Program-made: the position numbers and the translations under genes
NCBI GenBank assembly: GCA_001600695.1
Contig: BCKQ01000007.1
Location: 466,624-530,623, forward strand
Reading direction: 5' to 3'
Source of the DNA: Ascoidea asiatica JCM 7603
Lineage: Eukaryota > Fungi > Ascomycota
Length of the DNA: 64,000 nucleotides
Part shown: piece after piece, positions 23,392-33,300 of the stretch
Numbering within the stretch: the stretch's first letter is position 1
How the letters are laid out: each line of letters opens with the position of its first letter
Notes under the pieces: model-generated
Told to the model about the DNA's origin: nothing
Databases searched by the model: none
The model's input: the letters and a program-made list of their open reading frames with translations, nothing else

Positions 23392-23756
23392 ACAACTGTA
23401 AATGAAATTGCAATGTTATATTTTACATATTGTCCATTGACTGCTACTAATACCGTTGATTCATATATTACTTCTAGTACTGTATCTAAATTGGAAGTTT
23501 CTAAGTCAGTTATAAAATAAAGTTCTTGTCAAATAATGATTGCAAATCATTAATTGTTACAACTAAAGTAACTTCTTTATGTACTATAATTTCGAATGAA
23601 AAATTGATTCATATAACTTATTCTTCTTTTTACTGAAGCTTCAAATTTAAACATTGCAAGTTCTTCAGAGCATAAAATTACCTGCTCAAGCTTTACAGTT
23701 GATTCAAATTTAGGACCTTCAGGGACTTCAACAACATCAGATGCATTTAGTATTTA
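23392..23756 (+). pseudogene. Fragment of a flocculin/cell-wall adhesin (flocculin type-3 repeats)
   Basis: TTVNEIAMLYFTYCPLT and SC/NNDCKSLIVTTKVTSLCTII match the TITSC..N.C...TT.NG..T.YTTYCPL repeat; contains a stop and frameshifts. Confidence 0.65.
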
Positions 23757-24654
23757 GTCAACTTTTAGTGATAAATAAGGATTTCATTTGATTGATTATT
23801 ATTTGAAGTTATTTCAAATTTATACAGTTTTGCCCTGTCATTGTCGTATGATAGACTGGAAATGGGAAACCTCCTTACCTGCAATCCCTTTCAAAATCTG
23901 TACGTGGTTCATTGAAATACTCCAAAATTACTTCATAAATTTGACTTCTTGTATCCTCTTTTTTATTTTCTTTTCAAAGAATGAAAATTAAAAAAATTGA
24001 TCAACAATGGATAAAATTGAGAAGACTTTCAATGTAAGATAGCTGGAAATAGAAAACAACACTTGTATCAAAGATTAATAATAACCTTTTTTTGAAAATT
24101 TTCTTTACCAGTTTTGTAAAATCTTGTAAGCTTTTCTGTTAGATGTTTTATTGCAAAGAGTAACTTGGAAGAGAAAATGAATATTCCTTTGGTTGAAAGT
24201 CAAAAAGATGTATTCGATACGTTTGAAAATAATAACGTTGATAAAGAAGTCAGTGAGGATTGTTACAATGAAATGGAAGAAATAACAAATTATATGTTTG
24301 TTTCTTCCGTGGAAAAATTTGTACAGAATAGTATTCATACTGTAATTTAAATTTTTTTTTTTACTTTGGTTATATTGACCAAGTTCATCTCCCTAATATC
24401 TTTTTTTTATTTAGATGACTTTTCTTGATGGAAATCTTCATTACATAATTTAAGCTCGTATTTTCTTGAATTAAAACCTTGTTTGCAAAACAATATTAAT
24501 AATTTTTAGCATAAAGTTTGTTTATTGTGATTTGATATCATACTTTTATACTGAATATGCAATTTTTAAGCGATAACTAGCCTTTGTTTCATAATTTATT
24601 TTCAATTTAAATAAAAATTGATGATTAAGTTTAGATATCCATTGACACGAGGTT

Positions 24655-25009
24655 AGCTTAGGTATTGGAATTGCAAGTGAGGTAATGATTAAATTAATTC
24701 CAAGAAATTCTACAATTACAGGTAAATGAAATACCCGAAACTTTTTCAACCTCAACTTATGCTGATAATCAACATGACGTTTTAATTGAAGTATTTAAAG
24801 GTCAAATTTCTAGAATAAAGGATTATTATATATTAGGTAAATTTGAATTATCTAGTATTCATCCGACTTCAAGAGGTGTTCCTCGAATTGAAGTTACTTT
24901 TGATATTTATGATAATGATATATTAAATGTTTTTGCTTTAAAAAGCAGTACTGGTAAAACTCGAGAAATTATTATTACTATGGTTCCCCCATTTGTTGAA
25001 GAAGGATAA
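24655..25009 (+). pseudogene. Cytosolic Hsp70 (SSA-type) fragment with internal deletion
   Basis: SLGIGIASEVMIKLIPRNSTI* / STYADNQHDVLIEVF...LGKFELSSIHPTSRGVPRIEVTFDI...TGKTREIIIT fused to PFVEEG* (cf. PTVEEVD*). Confidence 0.9.
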
Positions 25010-25334
25010 TAATAATATAATTTGAGGTTTTAATTTTATTTTTGTTTTTTCATACATATTCTGTAAAGTAATAACGTTTTTCAATATTGTATTTTTTTGT
25101 TTGAAAAAAGTTAAAGAAAGGTTTATGCAAAGTAAAGTTTAAACAAATTCATAAGCAATTTATATTATATTATGAATCAATATATTTTTAATATTCAATT
25201 TTATAATCAAAAAACAATCAATTAAATATTTAATTCAATTCTTTTATTACATATGATATAAATATATACAATATATACAATAGTTTACATTCTACTTATA
25301 TAAATATAAGTAAAATATAAAATGTACTGTAGAT

Positions 25335-26576
25335 TTAAGTTCTTCTATTATCTGGATCTTGTTCAACTTCAGTAAAATCTAATAAAACTGTTGGTTTAAA
25401 AGGCCAATAACCAAAATATTCAACAACTTTATTCATTTGTAGTGGAGTTAAATCCTTGATTCTTATATCTAATAATGGTTTAATTTCATCTTCATTTTCA
25501 AACCATTCTAAAGCTCCAGGCCCTAATAAATTTAAATTTTCTTTTAATTTTCCAATAACTAATATACATAATTTTTTTGTAACAAATTCCCAATGATCTA
25601 AATCTATATTATGTGGTTTGGGGTTAATTTCAATTAAACATATATTTTTATTTCTTAATTGAGGTTTAACATAATCTTTATAATCTTCTGAGATTATATA
25701 TGGATCAAATCTATATTTAAGATTTTCATCGATTCTTAATTTTTTTTCAGCAGATTCAGAAAGTGTTGAATTAATTAAGATTGAACTAGATTTTTTTCTT
25801 GAAATTTTTCCACTACTTTTTGTTGTACTTTTAGATGCTAATTTCATTTCAAAATCTGTAGTTGCAATTAAATTCATATCACTAAAAGTTTCTGCAAGTA
25901 TTCCAGTTCTTGCTCTACCAATTTCTCCAGAACGTGCTAAAAGTTTTGAAGCTGTAGAAACAGTTACCCAAACTAACATTTTTACAGAACCATATTTTTG
26001 AAGCCAACTTTTATTTGCTATACAATTTAAATATTGAACAATTAATGCATTTCCAACATTTGAAGTTAAATTTGCAGTAATTAAAAACGAATTATGAATT
26101 TTATCAAATGGTTTTGAATCTGGAATGAAAAGTTTTTCTTTTTCAACTAAATCTGTATATGATTTCCAATTATAAGGATCTGCATCATATAATTTAAAAC
26201 TTGCAAGATTTTCTTTTTCTCTTGAATTTTGGATAATTTTAATTTGATCAATTTGTGTTCGACTTTTATTCATTAAATAAAATTCTTTTGGTTTTAAAAA
26301 ATTATATAAAGAACATTGAAAAGCTGGAAATGTTGAAAATAAATCTAAGATCTTAAGAGTAGGATCATGATCCAATTCACCATTTGATTTAACATTAGGA
26401 ACATTATAAAGATCTTTTAAATGAGATAACTTAGTCTTAAATATATCATCGATCAATTCTTGATGTACAATACCATTTGTTCCAGATCTTCCACTTTGTT
26501 TAAATTGAGCAAGATAATCATTGTATAACAAAGGTTTAAATGCACGACCTAATATATCAAGAGCTTTCTTTGACAT
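25335..26576 (-). CDS. MTF1: Mitochondrial RNA polymerase specificity factor (rRNA dimethylase fold)
   Basis: DPYNWKSY, WLQKYGSVKMLVW, LGPGA, YWPFKP. Confidence 0.88.
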   Translation of the reverse strand: MSKKALDILGRAFKPLLYNDYLAQFKQSGRSGTNGIVHQELIDDIFKTKLSHLKDLYNVPNVKSNGELDHDPTLKILDLFSTFPAFQCSLYNFLKPKEFYLMNKSRTQIDQIKIIQNSREKENLASFKLYDADPYNWKSYTDLVEKEKLFIPDSKPFDKIHNSFLITANLTSNVGNALIVQYLNCIANKSWLQKYGSVKMLVWVTVSTASKLLARSGEIGRARTGILAETFSDMNLIATTDFEMKLASKSTTKSSGKISRKKSSSILINSTLSESAEKKLRIDENLKYRFDPYIISEDYKDYVKPQLRNKNICLIEINPKPHNIDLDHWEFVTKKLCILVIGKLKENLNLLGPGALEWFENEDEIKPLLDIRIKDLTPLQMNKVVEYFGYWPFKPTVLLDFTEVEQDPDNRRT

Positions 26577-27895
26577 CTTTCATTGAAAGTCTTTATTTGA
26601 TTTAATTCCTGGTTCGAGAATAATCAAATATTGAAAAAGTTCGAATAGAAATTGAATACAAAGTTAGCTTCAGTCAAATATCACTGTAGCTGGCTCGTAT
26701 TAAAAAATTCGTTCAGCAAAAACTTTTTTTCCAGACCCACAAAACTGGCGTCAATAATTTACAGATTTTTACTTCCGACCGCGGATGGCTGTCATGGCGT
26801 CTTCCGTGGTTGCATGAAGCTGATCCGCCGGGAATCCGCCGCCAGCCTCTCGTTTTTTAGATTTGGTTTCTGGTTTTAAATTTGCCGAATTCGCTCGTTT
26901 CACACACCTTTTTTTTATTTGTTTGCGATTGAGCAACGATAAGCTTTGAAATGAATGAATGAAGAGAAGAGAAGAAATATATTGCAAGCTGAATGAGAAT
27001 CAGAATTATCAATCATTAATCATTAATCATTAATCATCATAAATCTTAAAAGTTTCGGTTGCAATTGTTGAACCGAGTGAAGAAGAAAAGCCACTACTAT
27101 TTAATCATTTGCTCATTTCAATTTCTAGCTCTTTTCTGGTTTTAATAACTTATCCAGATTTGGAAGAACAGTTCTCGAGGTACCATATTAACAGCAAATA
27201 CACTTTCTTTAGGTTATTGATTTTACATCAGTCTGCTCCTTAGAAGCTGCCTCTTTTTCTTTCTTTTGCCTTGACTAACAAGTCATTAATTTTCATTAAA
27301 GGAAATCATATTAATAAATTTTGTAAATTAAATCTTAATTTAGGTGCTTTGCTGGTTAATATTCTGATTTTTGAAACAAATAAAAGAAAAATTTTGAAAT
27401 TTGAACTGTTTGAGTAAATTATTCAAAAATCAAGGCTTTCAGAATCATTAATTGGTTAATTGGTTAATTGGTTAATTAAAAGCTGTTGAAATAATCATCA
27501 TCTTACATATTTTGTTATTCTGGTTTAATTAACCATTCAAAAAGAAATCAATCTCACATATTTTCAATTTTTTTGACAACATAAATTAAATAATTCTGTC
27601 AAATATCATTTACTATTATCCAAATTATTATTGAAACAAATTCATTATAAAATATTTATTTTCAGATTCAAATTCAAATTCAGATTCATCTCATATATAT
27701 TATGAATTTTTTCCTATAACATATTTAATCAAGTTTGCGAAAATAAATAAATTGGTCTTATCACTTATTTTAAAACCACAGTCTTTTTTTCTATATTTTT
27801 TTTTAAAAATATTCAATTTCAAATAACTTATATTCCATCTTTCTTTTTTTTTCCACCTTTTTTTCTTTTTCTTTTTCTTTCTCAATCATTATTCA

Positions 27896-29914
27896 ATGAT
27901 TTCCTCTAATTCAATTGATTCAAAAAAAAAATCTCATAAAAGAAGTTTATCATTACCTTCTTTCATAACTTCGAATAATAAAAATAATAATAAAAATAAT
28001 ATAAATGATATAAGAAAACAGCAAATTTCAAATTATAATAATATTAATGGTTTAAATAAAAAAATTAAATTATCTAAGGATAACTTTATTAATATCAATC
28101 ATCATAGACATTCATCTTCAATTCAAAATAGTATAAGATCTGCAATTAAAAAAGATTCAATTAATTTTAAAAATCAATTTTATAAAATAAATAGAAAATC
28201 TTCTGTTTTTTGGAAAAATCTAAAAAAAAACGTTTATAATAAAAAAATTTCAATTAGTCAAAGTAACAGTATATCTAATGCCAATAATAAAACTAATATC
28301 AACAATGATATAAATCTAAAATTCAAGTTTCCTTGTGATAATAACAATTTTAATAATAATGGAAACAAAAGTCATAATATCCAAACAACTTTAAATCAAG
28401 ATAATCTCAATTATTTCAATTATCTCAATTATTTCAATCAAAATGTAGAATCTTTTAGTAATATAAATTTAAATTCAAATATAGGTAATTTATCTGAAAA
28501 ATTATCTCAGACAAGTTTAAACTCTTCATTTCAATTATATAATGCAAAAGATTCAAGCTTAAATACTCAAATTTCAAACTCTTTAAGTACTTTACCTTCA
28601 AGTCTGAATACTCAGAATTATAGTTTTGAAATAGAAGATAAATCAATGATCTCAACTCTCAAAAATAAAAATGCAAGTTCTTATGATATTATTAATCCCT
28701 TATATGATTCAAAGCTAGATCTTACTTCTAATAATAAATTAGAAAATAAGAATAAAAATAAATTTAAGCCCGTCAATATATTATTAGTGCCTGAATTATT
28801 GGTAGTAATTTTGTCCTATTTACCTTCCATCTTGAAATCTTCGAATAATATTCTTGAATGTCTTCTTGTTAATAGTTTATGGTATAAAATTTCAAAAAAA
28901 CTATTATTCAAAGAATTAATCCTAAAATCTGATTATAGCTTTTATAAATTTTATAAATTACTAAATTTAAATACTGATACAAATGTTGATTTGAATACTG
29001 ACTCAAAAACTATTCAATATTATAAAAATATGGTGAAAGATACCAAAAGTTTATCATTCAAAAAATTGAATAAAACAAAACAAAAAGAAGTCAATTTTTT
29101 ACTAAATACATTAAAATTTAACAATATAACTTCATTGGAATTTTTTATTTGTTCAAGTGTATATGCTCCTTTAAATTTTTTTGACTTAAATAGATTTCTG
29201 AACTTAAGAACTTTAATTCTTTCTGGTTCTCAATCAAATCAATTAAATGATCAATTTTTTATCAGCATATCAAAAAAATTACCTTTTTTAGAGAAATTGG
29301 ACATAAGAGCTTGTAATTATTTTACAGATAAGTCACTAATTGAAATATCTATCAATTGTCCAAATTTAAATTATCTTAATATCGGTAGATTTAATAATTG
29401 CAATAAACTAACTGATATTGGAATATCTGCAATTATTAAAAACTTAAAATGCCTAAAGGTTTTAGGATGTTCGGGTGCTTATATTAATGATAAAACAATT
29501 TGGAAAATAATTAAATATCAAAATAATAACCTAGAAAAATTATCAATCAATAATTGTGTTAAATTGACAAATTCCTCAATTCCTGAAATATTAGCATTTG
29601 ACTATAGCTATAATTATTTACCTAAGTTGACGGTGTTAGAAATCAAATGCATTTTGAATTTCACAAATTTGAAATCCTTGATTAGGTTTAAAAACTATAG
29701 AGCATTAATTGGCAAACCAATACTTATAGAATTCTGTGAAGTCCTTAGAAAAAGAATAATAATGCAGGAAATTGAGCTAAACTTGAACACTTCCATTCAA
29801 TTCCTTAATGACATTTCAGATTGGTGCAATGAAGTTGATGAAAACGATGTGAACAAAGATATGGATTATAGAAGATTGATAACAAAAAAAAATAATTTAA
29901 CTCTCAACAATTAA
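27896..29914 (+). CDS. AMN1: Amn1-like F-box/LRR (RNI-like) protein
   Basis: VPELLVVILSYL...CLLVNSLWY (F-box); LEKLDIRAC, NLNYLNIGR, LEKLSINNC; C-terminal ILIEFCE...DW. Confidence 0.8.
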   Translation: MISSNSIDSKKKSHKRSLSLPSFITSNNKNNNKNNINDIRKQQISNYNNINGLNKKIKLSKDNFININHHRHSSSIQNSIRSAIKKDSINFKNQFYKINRKSSVFWKNLKKNVYNKKISISQSNSISNANNKTNINNDINLKFKFPCDNNNFNNNGNKSHNIQTTLNQDNLNYFNYLNYFNQNVESFSNINLNSNIGNLSEKLSQTSLNSSFQLYNAKDSSLNTQISNSLSTLPSSLNTQNYSFEIEDKSMISTLKNKNASSYDIINPLYDSKLDLTSNNKLENKNKNKFKPVNILLVPELLVVILSYLPSILKSSNNILECLLVNSLWYKISKKLLFKELILKSDYSFYKFYKLLNLNTDTNVDLNTDSKTIQYYKNMVKDTKSLSFKKLNKTKQKEVNFLLNTLKFNNITSLEFFICSSVYAPLNFFDLNRFLNLRTLILSGSQSNQLNDQFFISISKKLPFLEKLDIRACNYFTDKSLIEISINCPNLNYLNIGRFNNCNKLTDIGISAIIKNLKCLKVLGCSGAYINDKTIWKIIKYQNNNLEKLSINNCVKLTNSSIPEILAFDYSYNYLPKLTVLEIKCILNFTNLKSLIRFKNYRALIGKPILIEFCEVLRKRIIMQEIELNLNTSIQFLNDISDWCNEVDENDVNKDMDYRRLITKKNNLTLNN

Positions 29915-30357
29915 AATTCAACACCCAGCTATTAGTACCTGCTCTCCTGCATATTCCAACTTTTCAACTTAATTATTAATATTTTTGCATATTTTTTTCA
30001 TTTTTTTTTCATTACTTTTCAATTTACTCATTCTTGCTGAAAAATTGCTACTACATTCATAATTGCATTTACATTTACTTATAAAATCTCCTTTTTTGCT
30101 ATCTTTAATTCTAGATATTTTGTATTTTAAAATACTATTTTCCTTTTTTTTTTGCTCTTCAAATAAAGATTTATATATAAATACATATCCATATTTCGAC
30201 CATACAATTATAAACCTTATATAATTCTATATATTGACCTGCAATACAACTAAAAGGTGTTCTATGAAAAAAAGTTTACCAATTTTTCTTACATTGTTTT
30301 CTAACAAAAGCAATATTATGAAAATATCAAAAATATTCATACAACTCAGAAGATCCC

Positions 30358-33300
30358 TCAAATTTCTAAAATAACTCTACTATGCCCACTCAGTTTTCTG
30401 TCTTTTTCAACTCTTGATCTTCTTCTATCCTTTCTCAATAATGTCTCTAAAGCCTTTGAGCTTGAAAAGAGTTCCACGATATACTTTCTAGTACTAGCTT
30501 TATATTTCGAAGTTTCCAATAAATACATTGCTCCCGAAAACGTATTCACCTGGTCAAACTTTTCCTTGTACTTGTTATTTAAAACTGCTAGCATTTTGAA
30601 TCCTTGATTCATTTGCATTGGCACAGACAAATATGTTATAGCCTGTAAAATTTTTTTGACTAGAGGGTCATTTGTTAGCATATTGCTCGAATTAGTATCA
30701 TAGTAAACAGGAACTTTTTCATCCATTTCGCAGTCTCTATTATTATTCATATTTTCTTCTAAATCATTAGTATTATCATTATAATAATCATTATTACTGT
30801 CATTATCATTATTTTCATTATCATCATTATCATCATTATTATCATTATTTTCAGTATTTTTTGTAAAATCACTATTAAAAACAATATTGAAACCAGTGTC
30901 TGTATTTTCGTCGAAATGTTCCTTTTCATTTAAAGCACTATAATCTTTATGGGTATTTTCATCATCAGAAAATTCAATTGCAAAATCGTGATTTGAACTT
31001 TCCAAGGGCGAACAAATGTTGTTATCGTCATAAAGTTTTTTGGATTTATCAAGAAGTTCTGGTTCTGATGAATGAATATTGGTACCAATCTCTGGAAGTA
31101 TACCAGGCTGTAACGCAGAATCATTAATATTTATGACGTCTTCATCGCTTATAAAGTCATCAACATCTGTTATAGCACCAGCAGATCCCTCTTCATCTGT
31201 TATATTTACTTGAGAAATTTTGTCAGATTCATTCAACTCATCCAAATCGCCATATTTATTTTCATCATCGGTTATTTCACTGTCAAGCTCATTTTCATAA
31301 GATTTAAAAGAGGAATTTCGATTAAATTGACTTTTCCTTTTTTCACTTTGCTTCTTTTTATTTGCCTCTGATTCATGGTCAGATATATCATCAAAGTCTT
31401 CCATTTTCATACTTTGCAATACCTTTTGCTTTTTATTGTTATTCGAATATCTAGCCTCAATAATATCAACATCGAAATATTCAGATAAATTTTTTGGTAG
31501 GCATATACCTATAGGCCTATTTAAAATATCAAAGGTCACTTCCCAATTGCATTCATCTAAACATTCAAATCCCTCTACAGTTGAAGAAATTAGTCCTAAA
31601 ACAAAATAGGCAACACCCTTTAAACTCCACACTTCTGAGCACCGACAAATATTGACAATTATAGGTATTACCCCGGATTCATCAACTAATTCAATAGCGA
31701 GAGGTGATGAAGCAATATGCCCGATCGCCCATAAAGATCCTTTTAGTCTCAATATTTTGTTTGAATCTCTTTTCTCAGTTGCAAACCTTTCTATGGTATC
31801 AATAAATGATTGAAAATATGATGTTTTCAATAATAAATCTATTCCCTCGTTTGTTTTCACCAATTCTCCAAAAAAATGATGGGGCAATTTTTTAGCTTGA
31901 AAAAATTCATTATAATCTTCAAACAATTGAGCATCATCTTCATCACCTTGTATATTTTTATTGATATACCTATTTGGTCCAAAATTAGTATGTGTTATTT
32001 TTCTGGACTTATAAACTTTATTGATTCTAAACAACTGAAAAGGGGAATAAATTTCGTATAGAAGATTTTCAATATCAAGAGCATATAGCTCGTTTCTTTT
32101 ATTAAGCCAATCATCCATTTCTCCTTCTATTAAATCGAACTCAGATAGATAACTGAATCCAATAGATGTAGATAAAAATCTTAATAGTAGGGGAGCTCCA
32201 ATCATTCCTAATTGGTCTAACGAAGGCTTGTATTTTACAACTTCGTACATGTTTTCTGGGGTTTCACAATATGAGTCTAATATTTGGACTGCCTCATTAC
32301 ATACTTCTAAATCTTTATCAAACAATTGCGAAATTAATAAGTCAACTGCCCATTTTGAGCAAGATGGAATTCTTAATAAATCTCTTAAAAAATTTGTGCA
32401 AAAAAGTCGAACAGCTGTATCACATGAACATAAGGCTTTTGAAAAAATGATTCTCAAATGCCCTTGTTTTGAATAATCAAATTCAGGTAGAAAAGCTAAG
32501 ATTAAATCTTCTCTGCCTCTTTGCTCTGTTATATGGTAAAGAATACTAAATATTTTCCATTTTGATAATAATTCTATTCCTTTATGATCAGAAGATAAAA
32601 CACCCAACATCCTAAAGTATCCCCCACTTAAACTTTTGGCTATATTTTTTTTCGAAAAAATTGGATCATTTGCAGTTATATTACTATAAGGATCCACTTG
32701 GGCTAAACATTCTGCGATTTGAGGTAAAACTTTATTATCCTCCAAATACTTTAAACCTACTGCTGTAGATAAAAACATCTTGAATAAAGCACATCCTGCA
32801 TCGATATATTTTTCTGTATCTTTTCCTTTTTTGATCGAAGAGAATCTTTTTTTGAAGGGCCGTAAAAAGGACATTAATCTTTTTATAAATTTTGTTGTCT
32901 TTATAGCTTCTTCGAGCTTCTTAGGATTTGTCAATGCCCCGTTAGCTAAATCTATTATAATATCAATCTTCCAAACCTCATAATTTTTGGTGCTTAACAC
33001 ATTAGAATCATATATAAGTTGTTTAAATTGCTGATCATCGATATTAGATGACATTTTCATTATTAAATCTTTATTGAATTTATTCAAAGAATTCAATAAT
33101 ATCGGGGGAATATTATAGGTTGTTCTATCTTTTCCATATTTTTTTGAGTAAGAGTCTATCTGAAAAGCAGTAGAAAATGGTGCTAATTGGTAATCTAAAA
33201 AATTTCTAGAGGTTTTCATTGCTTGATAATCATTATTTATGATTAAATTTGGTAATTCTTCGAAAACATCACTAAATTGTTTAGATAAAAGATTTGAAGA

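Noticed and set aside
23780-24350. Possible transposase or further gene remnants
   Set aside because: Partly coding-like but no recognisable motif in any frame
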